Shown here: one piece after another, positions 9,753-19,273 of the stretch
Position numbering within the stretch: the stretch's first letter is position 1
Layout: each line of letters starts with the position of its first letter
Source: a virus
Lineage: Duplodnaviria > Caudoviricetes
DNA: 51,786 nt
Virus record (IMG/VR): IMGVR_UViG_3300025104_000002
Span: 1 to 51,786 of that record
Reading direction: 5' to 3' (one strand)
Translations under genes and position numbers: made by a program
The notes under the pieces: model-generated
Database searches by the model: none
The model's input: only the letters and a program-made list of their open reading frames with translations
What the model was told of the DNA's origin: nothing

Positions 9753-11720
9753 TCATCGCCCTAGATTTAACCCCACAACGGGTCGCGCAGTCGGCGGCGG
9801 ATTTTCGAGCTTGATGCCGCCGATCTCATCAACGTCACCGTCAGGATTGATTACAAACACACGATTGCCGTATTGGAAGTATGCCACGCCCCTACTGGAA
9901 TCGACAGTAAGTTTGCCCTGCGCTTGCTTGGCACGTTCCTCTGCGAGCTTGTATTCGCCCTCGACAATCGCTTTCTGGATGTCGCGCATGGCGTTGACCA
10001 TAGCGTCTCCGTACTTGCGCCTGAGCGCCAATTCGTTCTCCAGTCGAGCCATCTCCGATGCAGCTTGGCGGGCTTCGGGACTGAACTCTCGCAGTGCCAT
10101 CGCCGCCAGTTCGGACGGAGACACGCCTTCCTTGACGCGCTGACCGTTGACGAAGTAGTTGTAGTTACCGTCGCTGCGCGGTTGGATGCCCACCGGAACA
10201 CCCATGTACTGCGACAGGACACCGGCCAGACGGCGCGGGTCGTTGGCGAGTGCCAGTTCACGTAGACCCTGCATACCTTGCAGGTAGGTCTGTTTCTGGG
10301 CAACTTGTTGCTGCAACTGAAGTAGGCTTGCGTCAATCTGGCCGATAGACTCGCGCATCCGCATGGCCTGCTCGATACCTTGCGAGGTGCCACTTTGCAT
10401 GTACATCTGGGCCAGTTGGGCAATCTCGTTGCGTTGGCGAGTCAGGAGCGCGGCCTGCTGCTGGGCCATCTGCTGGAGTTGTTGCTGCTCGTAGGGGATC
10501 GACTCGGGGTTGGCGAGGTAGAACTCGGCCATCTGCATGTTGCGGGCCTGAGTGCGCGGTACTTCCATCGGAGCCGGAGGCGTACCCGCAGCCGCAGCCG
10601 CAGCCGCAGCAGCCGGTGCTGCTTGGGCCGAAGGCGTGATACCCGACAGGATTGTGTTGATCGGGCCAGACATCGCGGCCTTGCCCTTGTCGCTGGATGC
10701 ACCCTTGTATCGCTGGATCGCCCGCTCGTAGTCGCCACCCGACTCTTGCAGGTACTGCGAGAACAGTTGCGCCGCGAACGGGATGGCGGTGTTGGGGTCC
10801 AGCCGCTGCTCACGGGTCAGACCATGCACGTCAGCAATTTGAGCAATACCCAGACCGAACTTCTCACCTCGTGGCGACACTGCCCTGGGGTTGAAGGACG
10901 ACTCGGTACCGATGAGCCGCTTGAACACCACGGGGTCAATGCCATACTGCTGGGCGCTCTGGGCGATCAGCGCGTCGTAGGGAGTGACTGTGTTGTCGTA
11001 CTGCTGCGCAGCCTTGGTAGCCTCGGTAGGTTTAGTAGACTTGGGCGACTCGGTAGGCGCGGGCTTCGGTAGCGCGACAGGGCGCTTCCCAGTTGCCAGT
11101 TGCTGCTCCGTCTGGCGCACATACTTGTCGTAGAACGGTGTGTAGGAGAAGCTGGGCGTGGGCAGTTCCGTACCAAACAGGTAGTTGATACCACGAGCCA
11201 CTTGGCTGGCAAGGTTCAGGCCCGCCGCAGCAGGGGCTTGGATCACGTCCAGCACCGCAGTCGGAGCCTTGAGCAATGCCGTGCGGTTGTAACCCTGCCG
11301 AACCTCGTCAGGGGTCAGCGGTTGCGTAGGTGCAGCGGATGCGCGGGGGTACGTAGGCTGGGGTTGCCCAACCATCGGGGGGTTGACCATGCCGCGACCG
11401 GCACCGGCCCGCGAGGGTTGAACACCGGGCGGGAGCGGTTGTTGGCCGGGGTGCAATCCGGGCGGGGCAGCAGGAGCCGCAGGAGCGACTGCCTCCATTG
11501 GCATCTGCTGCCCCGGCATGACCGGCTGGGTGAACTGCGGGAGTTGGACCTGCTGGAACGACGGCAGTTGCGCCTGTGCCATGCGGGCCTTCAAATCGGC
11601 CAACCGATTCTGCTCCTCGATAATAAGCTGGTTCTGGCGGGCAAGGCGTGCAGTGGCCTCAGCCTCCTGCATACCTGTCGCCACACGGCCAGCACCGCTG
11701 AATAGTTGACCGAGGTTCAT
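9753..11720 (-). CDS. Ejection protein with lytic transglycosylase (SLT) domain
   Basis: YGIDPVVFKRLIGTESSFNPRAVS...GLGIAQI...AIQRY resembles SLT motifs; Gln-rich helical flanks. Confidence 0.8.
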   Translation of the reverse strand: MNLGQLFSGAGRVATGMQEAEATARLARQNQLIIEEQNRLADLKARMAQAQLPSFQQVQLPQFTQPVMPGQQMPMEAVAPAAPAAPPGLHPGQQPLPPGVQPSRAGAGRGMVNPPMVGQPQPTYPRASAAPTQPLTPDEVRQGYNRTALLKAPTAVLDVIQAPAAAGLNLASQVARGINYLFGTELPTPSFSYTPFYDKYVRQTEQQLATGKRPVALPKPAPTESPKSTKPTEATKAAQQYDNTVTPYDALIAQSAQQYGIDPVVFKRLIGTESSFNPRAVSPRGEKFGLGIAQIADVHGLTREQRLDPNTAIPFAAQLFSQYLQESGGDYERAIQRYKGASSDKGKAAMSGPINTILSGITPSAQAAPAAAAAAAAAGTPPAPMEVPRTQARNMQMAEFYLANPESIPYEQQQLQQMAQQQAALLTRQRNEIAQLAQMYMQSGTSQGIEQAMRMRESIGQIDASLLQLQQQVAQKQTYLQGMQGLRELALANDPRRLAGVLSQYMGVPVGIQPRSDGNYNYFVNGQRVKEGVSPSELAAMALREFSPEARQAASEMARLENELALRRKYGDAMVNAMRDIQKAIVEGEYKLAEERAKQAQGKLTVDSSRGVAYFQYGNRVFVINPDGDVDEIGGIKLENPPPTARPVVGLNLGR

Positions 11721-11729
11721 GTGGCCTCC

Positions 11730-13271
11730 TTAGCCGCGACTTTGCGATTGCTGGGTGCCAGTCAGATCGCCAAAGAATCGTCCGATGTCCGTTGCCTGCT
11801 GGGCGCGGCGCTCCTCGCCCTTAGCGTACAGGGCTGCCAGTGCGCCGTAGGCTTGGGTGCTGGGGGTCATGTAACCCGGCATGGCTGCAATACCAGCCTG
11901 CATGGTACCCAGACGACCCTGAACACCCGTGCCGTAGCCCACATCGTAGGCGGTACCCGTGTCGCGGGCAGTCGCCAGATCGTAGCGGCGGGATTCGGCC
12001 TCGCGGCGCTCACCCGACAGACCACGCAGACCAGCCTTCTTCGCCTTGGCACCAGCAAGCTGGGCGCGGCGGGCGCGTTGCAGACCGAAGTACTCGGGGT
12101 CGAAGTACTTGGACTCACCGATCAGGGCTTGCGCCTGCTCCAGACGCTGGTTGAACAGAGCTTGGTTGGCCTGCTGGAGTTGGCGCAGTTCTTCAGTCTG
12201 GGCTTGCAGCAGCATCTGCTCCTCAGCCGTCAGACCTTCACCAGCCAGCACGGAACCAGCCAACTGACCACCGGCACGCAGGATCAGGTCGGCCAGTGCC
12301 TTGGGATCACTGAACTTGTCAGCGATGGCACCGGGGACGTTCTTGAGCGCTTCGGCGAATGACTTGGGCTGGGCGGCAGTTTGCGCTGCCGTGGTACCTG
12401 CGGTCTGGGCAGTCTGCGTAGCAGCAGATGGCGCAGACACCGCAGCAGGTCGCTGGTTGATGAACGAAGTCGGGTCGCCCAGTGCCGTAGTACCGCCAGC
12501 CGCCAGAGTGGGCGAGTAGGAACCACCGCTGTAGGCGCTGATCGGGGTCGTCGAGGTGTAGACGCCTTGGCCGGTGATGACTTGCGTACCACCACCGGGG
12601 GCTGCGCCGACGACGCTCAGACCCTGCGACGGGGGCATACCCGCCGCGAGGCTGTAGTCGATGGCTTGGCCGGTTGCCAGAGCGCGATCCACCGAGGATG
12701 TGAAGAAGCCGGGGTCGGGAGCCTGCAAGCCGTAGCTGGCCGTGGTCGGGTTCAGACCCGCAGACGGGAACTGCAAACCAGCAGTCAGGCTGTAATCCAC
12801 AGGGGTCATGGCTGCGGACAAACCACCGCCTGCACCAACAGCCGAAGTGGGTAGGCCACCTGCCGTGGTGCCCATCGACAGGCCAGTGCCGCTGCCACCC
12901 AGAGTCAGGCCAGTGCCGCTGGGGCCGGTACCCAGCGCGTAGGGGGAACCAGAAGCAGCCGTCGCACCGCTCGGAGCCGTGAGGCCAGTACCGCCACCGC
13001 CAGCAGAGGGCGCAGCGGCGTAGCCGCCGATACCCCCACTAATACCACCCATCAGGGCGCTTCGCCCTATGTCCTCGCCCAGCACGGCCCCTTTGACTGC
13101 GCCGAGCGCCGCCCCCGTAATGGCTCCACCGACCACACTACCTGCGGTAGCGGAACCGACCGCCGTACCGATGGCTGTGGACAGGCCGATGGACGATGCG
13201 ATTGCAGGGGCTACGAACGGGATAGCAACTGCGGCCACTACGCTCACAATGGTTTTGGCGGCTTTACTCAT
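11730..13271 (-). CDS. Gly/Ala-rich ejection (pilot) protein
   Basis: Hydrophobic Gly-zipper N-terminus, low-complexity middle, helical C-terminus; position among internal virion genes. Confidence 0.6.
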   Translation of the reverse strand: MSKAAKTIVSVVAAVAIPFVAPAIASSIGLSTAIGTAVGSATAGSVVGGAITGAALGAVKGAVLGEDIGRSALMGGISGGIGGYAAAPSAGGGGTGLTAPSGATAASGSPYALGTGPSGTGLTLGGSGTGLSMGTTAGGLPTSAVGAGGGLSAAMTPVDYSLTAGLQFPSAGLNPTTASYGLQAPDPGFFTSSVDRALATGQAIDYSLAAGMPPSQGLSVVGAAPGGGTQVITGQGVYTSTTPISAYSGGSYSPTLAAGGTTALGDPTSFINQRPAAVSAPSAATQTAQTAGTTAAQTAAQPKSFAEALKNVPGAIADKFSDPKALADLILRAGGQLAGSVLAGEGLTAEEQMLLQAQTEELRQLQQANQALFNQRLEQAQALIGESKYFDPEYFGLQRARRAQLAGAKAKKAGLRGLSGERREAESRRYDLATARDTGTAYDVGYGTGVQGRLGTMQAGIAAMPGYMTPSTQAYGALAALYAKGEERRAQQATDIGRFFGDLTGTQQSQSRG

Positions 13272-13710
13272 GGTTCTCTCCTAGCTTCATTCGGACGTAT
13301 GCGCAGGATTCGGTGAACCCGAACTTCTTCAGGTACACCTCGGCGCGTTCAGTTGGGGTGTAGGCATCCAGAAACTCCACGCCGTTTGCCACGAGCCACT
13401 TGATAATCGGCTCCCAGAATGCGGCTTTGAAACGGAGGAGATGGCGTCCTGCGAGCGCCATGACATCCGCGCCCTTGTGCCCATTGGCATCGAAGAACTG
13501 CAACGCCAGAATGCAAGCGACCTCGCCGTCGAGGAATCCTGCGAACATCACAGCTTTGTCCAACTGTACGGCCAGCAGCACATGCCCTGCGTCCATCTCG
13601 CCCTTGGCGATGGTGTTACCTTCGCACGCTGACTCGACCAGCGGCTCCAGAACAGGCCACAACTCAATGACCCGCTCCTTCGTCAGCATTTCAATGGACA
13701 GCGTTGTCAT
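13264..13710 (-). CDS. Virion assembly protein, GNAT-like fold (T7 gp13 position)
   Basis: 148 aa ending YLKKFGF, directly before the ejection genes; synteny-based call. Confidence 0.5.
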   Translation of the reverse strand: MTTLSIEMLTKERVIELWPVLEPLVESACEGNTIAKGEMDAGHVLLAVQLDKAVMFAGFLDGEVACILALQFFDANGHKGADVMALAGRHLLRFKAAFWEPIIKWLVANGVEFLDAYTPTERAEVYLKKFGFTESCAYVRMKLGENHE

Positions 13711-13713
13711 GTC

Positions 13714-14535
13714 TTATTCCTTGTACTTCTCAACGAGTGAGTCGAAGAACTCTTTGCCTTTCATCCTGACCACATGGGCTGGCACTACGTACTCACCTTC
13801 GTGCGCGTTGATCAGTACAGAACCGTCAGCCTTCTTCGAGTTGGGGGTCATGCCGCCACGAGCCATCGAAGGAATGGGCTGACCACCGGCCATTGCCGGG
13901 GTACCACCTTGCATCATGTTCTGACCGCCCACATCCTGCTGGAGCGCACGTGCAGCCAGCAGCAAAACGAAGACCAGACCCTGATCGTACTGCGGGGGTA
14001 GGTCTTGCTCAGTGGCGATACCCTGCTGAATGGCAAAATTGCGCACGTAAGGATACATCTCGGGGTTCTGAGCAGCGACCGTGGCAAGCTGCACGATCAT
14101 GTTCAGTTCCTGTTGGGTCAACTCGCCAGTCGCCAGCACTTCTTGAATCGCAGCACGAATCTGGGCGATCTGCTGCGGGTGCTGGCTGGCGAACTGGTTG
14201 ACCAGCATCTCCAGCATCTGCGGCGACATACCACCGGGCTGGACATTGGCCTGAAGGCCGACCGAGGTGGAGGCACCGGGCTGCGTACCACCGACCGGCA
14301 TACCACCGGGGCCGATCATGCCACCCGCTTGGTAAGACGGGACGAAGGTTTGCACACCACCCATACCGGAAGACAGGCCCATCGCCGGGTTCATCGCACC
14401 GTTGTTGGGTACACTGGGGGAGCCGACGCTGAGAATGCTGGCAAGTGCCGGGGGCAAGTCCATCACAGAGGTCGGAGCCGGAACCGGAGCACCCTGCGCA
14501 CTGAGCATCGTGTTGTACGGATTGTTCATGGTCAT
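13714..14535 (-). CDS. Internal virion protein
   Basis: Met/Gln/Pro-rich; YQAGG and MARGG motifs and C-terminal DGSVLINAHEGEYVVPAHVV seen in podophage virion proteins. Confidence 0.55.
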   Translation of the reverse strand: MTMNNPYNTMLSAQGAPVPAPTSVMDLPPALASILSVGSPSVPNNGAMNPAMGLSSGMGGVQTFVPSYQAGGMIGPGGMPVGGTQPGASTSVGLQANVQPGGMSPQMLEMLVNQFASQHPQQIAQIRAAIQEVLATGELTQQELNMIVQLATVAAQNPEMYPYVRNFAIQQGIATEQDLPPQYDQGLVFVLLLAARALQQDVGGQNMMQGGTPAMAGGQPIPSMARGGMTPNSKKADGSVLINAHEGEYVVPAHVVRMKGKEFFDSLVEKYKE

Positions 14536-14897
14536 CCTTTCAGTTGGTTGATCAGCGCGTTCAGCGTGTTCCGCAGGGCCGCTACATCGTTGGCAAGTTG
14601 TTGGACGTTGTTCAACAGCTTACCGTAATCCTCCAGACTTGGCACCGACACTCCGTTGATTGTAAAGCCAGTACCTTGCGCCGTCACTTGCTGAAAAGCT
14701 GGGTTGCCCACGGGTTGGACACCCACTTGGGACTTGGTGATTGCTCGGGCCAGATCGGAGTTCGGTCCGGTCTTGGCCCCGATGAGCAGTTCGAGGTTGT
14801 CCTTCATGGCGTTCAGGGTGTTGAACTGCCAGTCCGACAACCCCGCTTGGGGGATGCTGGGGATCACGCTGAACCGTGGTGGGCGTGTTGCCATCAT
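14532..14897 (-). CDS. Hypothetical virion protein with C-terminal coiled coil
   Basis: 121 aa, overlaps both neighbours by 4 nt. Confidence 0.6.
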   Translation of the reverse strand: MMATRPPRFSVIPSIPQAGLSDWQFNTLNAMKDNLELLIGAKTGPNSDLARAITKSQVGVQPVGNPAFQQVTAQGTGFTINGVSVPSLEDYGKLLNNVQQLANDVAALRNTLNALINQLKG

Positions 14898-17548
14898 GCA
14901 CCTCGCAAGCCGAATGGAGTCTCGGCCAAGTGGATCGCCCGGATGCGGACGTTGCCCTCGACACCAAACTCGAAGGTATCAGTGCGGTACCCAGTCGGTA
15001 GTCGAAATATGTCGCTGTCCGTGAGTTGCGTCTCGAAGATCAATTCCTTGTCGGCCCACATGCGGAACGTGACGGCATCGGCCACATCCCACAGGACGTT
15101 GTACTCGCCCCAGTCTGCGACAACAACCTCCCACTTGTCCGACGTACCGGCGTAGTCTGCGATGACACGTGCGGCACCGATGTTGATCATGTCCTTGGTC
15201 GTAATGACCTTGGACTTCCATTCCTGTGTGGCAGGCGGCTGCGTGAGGTCGTCCCACAGGTACACGTCGCCATTGGTACCCGTGGTGTAGTACAGACGCC
15301 CGGACTTGGTGTCGTACCACGAGGCGCTGAACTGGAAGTCGCAGTCCACGAAGTAGCCACCGATCTTCTCGTCACGCTCGAACACGAACGCACCGGCAGA
15401 GTGGGATGCGAAGTAGGCATCGCCATAGTACGCACCGACGACTGACGTGGGGTCAAGCTCAGTCTGCCACGTATCGTTGTTGTACAGGAGCTTGGTGATG
15501 ATCGTCGGGCCACTGTTGGGGGAGTACACCGCCAGTCCATCATGCGTCGAGTACACGACGCCGTAGCCCATCGTCACCACGCTCTTGGCGTTCAGACAGG
15601 GGAACTGCGCGTCGATGCGCGACACCGAGACACCCGAAGCCGGGTCGGTCACGGAGACGATGTATGGGTACGAGTCGGTCATAACCAGCAGCGCCCCGCT
15701 GACTGCGGCAATCGCCACGATGTTGTGCTCCAGAATGGTCGCGTAGCTGCGAGGCCATGCGTGCGGTTTGTTTGGTTCAGAGAAGTACAACGTGTTGCCG
15801 ACGAAGCCGACAAGGATGTTGTTCTGAATCGCCGTCAGACCTTGAAGATCGTTAGGAGGCGCATCAAACTCGTCTGTCTCCAGAATATCGAACAAATTAC
15901 GGGAATCAAAATCATCAATGAAAGTGTAGTTCCCGCCGTCCCCCCAGTAGCGTGCGGGATTGTCAGTCGTCTCAGCCACGTCGTGGTACAGCGTACCAGC
16001 AGTGACTGCTGTCTCAGCGACATTGCTGTCGGTCTGGGCGTACTCGAAGGTGTAATCGTCGATGACATTCGTTACGATACCCCCCGTGATGTTGAAGGAC
16101 GCCACAGAGCAGCCGCTGATCTTGAAGCGGTCATCCAGCGACAAGTTGTGTGGATACAGCGTCTTAACCCGCGAGACATTGCCCGTGCGCTGCACACGGG
16201 CCAGTGCAATCGGGAACCATAGTGTCGCCAGCCGGTAGTATTCAGTGCCAGATGCCGAAGTCAGTGTGCGGTACAGCCGTACACCGCGCACGAAGTTCTT
16301 GCCGACCGGCTTGGTCGTGGGGATGTTACTCACCGTGACGGTGATGCCTTCCTTGATGTACAGGTTCTCAGATGGCTTGGAAGCGATGGACTCCTCATTC
16401 CACGGAGTGAACCATGTGAAGACATAGGAGCGGGCCTGCGTCAGACCACCGAGTTCGACCTTGCCGCTGGTGAACGGCGTCGAAGCCACCTGCGGACCGG
16501 GGCTGAAGTAGGTCAGCGTCGTGTCGTTGACCACCGTGCATTCGACGTTGGTCGCGTTGAAGCTGCGCATGTCCAGCCGCACGTTGCCGCTGGTCGTGTT
16601 CGAGTTGGTCGTGATGACTTCGAACGTGTTGGTCGTGACGTTAGTCACAGTGTACACCCCGTCCGTCGCCGTGCCGGAGGTGAAGTCCAGCGACACTTGA
16701 GCGCCGTTGGACAGCCCGTGATTGTTGATCGTGACCACGATGGTCGTGGTACCGGCGTTCTTCCACGTGATGGTGCCCGAGCGGGCCGCAGGCGAAGGGG
16801 CCGTGACTGCGAAGATGTCCTTGTCCACCACAAACACGGAGTAGGCACCGTTGAGGTCTGCATGATCACTGAACTCCAGATCGACCACCTGACCGGGCGA
16901 CAGACCGTGATCGGTCACAGTCACCATGATTGACAGAGTGCCCGATGCTTCGCTGTAGCTACCGGTGCGGGTTGACTTGGCCTGCGTGTACGTGCCAGTG
17001 CGGTAGGTGAACCCAGACACCGTGATCTGGTTGCCAGTGCGCAGCCCATGTGGCGTGCTGGTGACGATGGTCGCTACGTTGCCAGCATCCCGTGAGAAGC
17101 TGGCCGTGGTCTTGGCGGTGAAGGTTGCAGCCGTCGTGGTCAACTGCTGTGAGTCCTCCGGTACCGGCAAGCCGAGGTAGTAATAATCGACCGGGTAGGG
17201 GGCTGGGCCACTTGTTGCCAGTTCGTAGTTCGACACCTTGGGCACACCATCCCCGGTGTAGTAGAACCGCTGCTCGATCTCGTCGGTCGATGCGGCCACT
17301 GCGATGGAGACATCGCTGGGCCACGAAAGCCAGACGGGGGCTTGAGTGTCTGGGTCGCGCAGTGCGTACAGGGTTTTGGTGGTCCCGGTTCGGTTCGTGT
17401 TACCGACAACCTTGGGCTGCGGGTAGGGGATCAGATCGCCGGAGTACAACTTGCAGTTGCGTGCGACCTGTGCTGCTGTGTTCGGCAGCAACTCCGGGCT
17501 GATCTTGGGTGCTGTACCCAGAAAGTTGATGATCTTGACGCCTGCCAT
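14894..17548 (-). CDS. Tail nozzle/stabilization protein with inserted HGL-type beta domains
   Basis: Beta-propeller-like C-terminus (LYFSEPNKPHAWP, GVVYSTHDGL, WKSK); four HGL/HNL repeats. Confidence 0.65.
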   Translation of the reverse strand: MAGVKIINFLGTAPKISPELLPNTAAQVARNCKLYSGDLIPYPQPKVVGNTNRTGTTKTLYALRDPDTQAPVWLSWPSDVSIAVAASTDEIEQRFYYTGDGVPKVSNYELATSGPAPYPVDYYYLGLPVPEDSQQLTTTAATFTAKTTASFSRDAGNVATIVTSTPHGLRTGNQITVSGFTYRTGTYTQAKSTRTGSYSEASGTLSIMVTVTDHGLSPGQVVDLEFSDHADLNGAYSVFVVDKDIFAVTAPSPAARSGTITWKNAGTTTIVVTINNHGLSNGAQVSLDFTSGTATDGVYTVTNVTTNTFEVITTNSNTTSGNVRLDMRSFNATNVECTVVNDTTLTYFSPGPQVASTPFTSGKVELGGLTQARSYVFTWFTPWNEESIASKPSENLYIKEGITVTVSNIPTTKPVGKNFVRGVRLYRTLTSASGTEYYRLATLWFPIALARVQRTGNVSRVKTLYPHNLSLDDRFKISGCSVASFNITGGIVTNVIDDYTFEYAQTDSNVAETAVTAGTLYHDVAETTDNPARYWGDGGNYTFIDDFDSRNLFDILETDEFDAPPNDLQGLTAIQNNILVGFVGNTLYFSEPNKPHAWPRSYATILEHNIVAIAAVSGALLVMTDSYPYIVSVTDPASGVSVSRIDAQFPCLNAKSVVTMGYGVVYSTHDGLAVYSPNSGPTIITKLLYNNDTWQTELDPTSVVGAYYGDAYFASHSAGAFVFERDEKIGGYFVDCDFQFSASWYDTKSGRLYYTTGTNGDVYLWDDLTQPPATQEWKSKVITTKDMINIGAARVIADYAGTSDKWEVVVADWGEYNVLWDVADAVTFRMWADKELIFETQLTDSDIFRLPTGYRTDTFEFGVEGNVRIRAIHLAETPFGLRGA

Positions 17549-17550
17549 GT

Positions 17551-18003
17551 CTACACCAGTTCAAAGTGCGGCGCGTCGATGAAGGGCCGCTGCCCTAGTT
17601 TACGCCTTGCATCAACATAGTAATGCATGGCTTCCTCCATCGTTCCCTTCCAAGCGCGAATATCAGGAATGTTCCATGCAGCACCCCAGCGCAACCCCAC
17701 GGCGTGCTCGATAGCAGCTTGCCTCATCGCGGCAGCAATCTCGTCGTACAGGCTCAACTCCCATGAGATGCGGTTCCCCAGAAATGCCACGAGATCGACG
17801 GCTTCGCCAGTCAGGTGCTTGGAATGAAGGGTCTGCGTAGCCCCCTTGGCGAACAACTCCTGCTGACGCTTGGTCGAGCGAACACCTTCAGTGACTGCGA
17901 AGTCCACCGTAGTGATCTGGATCGCACGCTCGACCACGGATACCAGTTCGGGGCGGACCCCGACAAGGTTATTGCGGCTGCGCTGGGAGAGTCGGAAGGT
18001 CAT
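17551..18003 (-). CDS. Endolysin, peptidase M15 family
   Basis: EGVRS..RQ..L, SKHLTGEAVD, WGAAW and DAPHFEL motifs. Confidence 0.9.
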   Translation of the reverse strand: MTFRLSQRSRNNLVGVRPELVSVVERAIQITTVDFAVTEGVRSTKRQQELFAKGATQTLHSKHLTGEAVDLVAFLGNRISWELSLYDEIAAAMRQAAIEHAVGLRWGAAWNIPDIRAWKGTMEEAMHYYVDARRKLGQRPFIDAPHFELV

Positions 18004-18404
18004 TTTGTGGCTACTCCTTTGGTTTTCTCATAGGTGCGCAGACCGCCGATACCCAACATACCACTGAGCACAACCCAGAGCAGATCAGTGTCGATGGCTG
18101 GCGGTGCGGGCCAGCCGTTGATGGTCGCCGCCCACGTCAGCATAGGTTGGAGGAACACGGCGTAGCCGAAGCCTGCCACCCCCACCCACCCTGCACCGGG
18201 TCGCCAGCCAGCCACCCAGATGCTCGGATGCTGCGCTTCGCGGGCGTTGATCTCAAGCTGAGCAATCACCTGCTTCAGTTCGCCCTCCATCGCCATGCGC
18301 AGGAACTCGGCCTCGGCCTGCCGCTTAGCTTCGGGGTCAGGCACGAAACGATCCAGTAGAGTCTTACCGACTTCCAACAACGGAGCGAGGATGAGTGGGT
18401 TCAT
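18000..18404 (-). CDS. Holin (3TM type)
   Basis: GWRPGAGW motif, hydrophobic helices, GMLGIGGLRTYEK tail; GGAGG before ATG 18404; overlaps endolysin start. Confidence 0.8.
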   Translation of the reverse strand: MNPLILAPLLEVGKTLLDRFVPDPEAKRQAEAEFLRMAMEGELKQVIAQLEINAREAQHPSIWVAGWRPGAGWVGVAGFGYAVFLQPMLTWAATINGWPAPPAIDTDLLWVVLSGMLGIGGLRTYEKTKGVATK

Positions 18405-18447
18405 TTCTTGACCTCCAAAGTACACTAGCGGCGTGCGGAAAGTCGCA

Positions 18448-18804
18448 TCAGAATAGCCCAGCTTTACTTGCCACAAACATAGCCGCTGCGGCAGCTAACG
18501 CCCACAAGACCGACTGCACCCACTCCGCCGCTTTGGCTTGCATCGGCTCAGCCACTTCCAGGCGACGCAAGCGCTCATCGAGCCTTTCTAGTGCCTGTGC
18601 TAGTCGGTCGATTGCACTAGCCGCCGCCGCTTGGCGCTCCTCGACCAGCGCCAGCCGTGTTACCGCTTCGCTCATCTTCTCGATCGCCGTTCGCATAGCG
18701 TGTTGATCCTCGCGTATGCGCTGGATATGGTGCGTTATTCGTTCGATGCGAACGACCGCGTCGGCTTCCTTTGCGATGGAGTGCAGATCATCAGAATCGG
18801 CCAT
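18448..18804 (-). CDS. Coiled-coil protein with C-terminal TM helix (lysis-cassette associated)
   Basis: Heptad-rich N-terminus, hydrophobic WVQSVLWALAAAAAMFVA end. Confidence 0.6.
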   Translation of the reverse strand: MADSDDLHSIAKEADAVVRIERITHHIQRIREDQHAMRTAIEKMSEAVTRLALVEERQAAAASAIDRLAQALERLDERLRRLEVAEPMQAKAAEWVQSVLWALAAAAAMFVASKAGLF

Positions 18805-18816
18805 TTGGTAACACCT

Positions 18817-19143
18817 TTAGAAAACCAACGTTTGTAACGCGCCAATAACCTCATCAGAGTACGCGGCCATCAGCACAACGAAAACCGCAGGCACGACGAA
18901 ATCCAACACACTGTCAATGTTCCACAGCTTTGGTTGTAGTGCCCCAAACTCAGGCCACTTAGCATTCGCTCGAACCCCGCCATTGGCTTTTATGTAGCGC
19001 TCCTCTACCTGCGCGTGCTCGCGCCCCACGAAAAAGCCAATCGCAAACGCAGCGCCTAGCCACCAATAGCCAAACAACCCGAACGGCAACTGCATCAGGG
19101 CGGCGTAAACAATGTGCTCGAAATGTGTTTTATTCATGGCCAC
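18817..19143 (-). CDS. Small membrane protein downstream of tailspike
   Basis: Hydrophobic segments flanking GREHAQ. Confidence 0.6.
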   Translation of the reverse strand: MAMNKTHFEHIVYAALMQLPFGLFGYWWLGAAFAIGFFVGREHAQVEERYIKANGGVRANAKWPEFGALQPKLWNIDSVLDFVVPAVFVVLMAAYSDEVIGALQTLVF

Positions 19144-19273
19144 GTATCAACCTCTATAGACGCCCGGCAACCGTGCGCTGAACTTCGGAAAGCCCCACTT
19201 TGTGGGGATGTGTAAATGGACAAAGTTGCGATAAGTGGTGCGGCGCGTTCAAGTCTGATCCAATCCATCTTTG

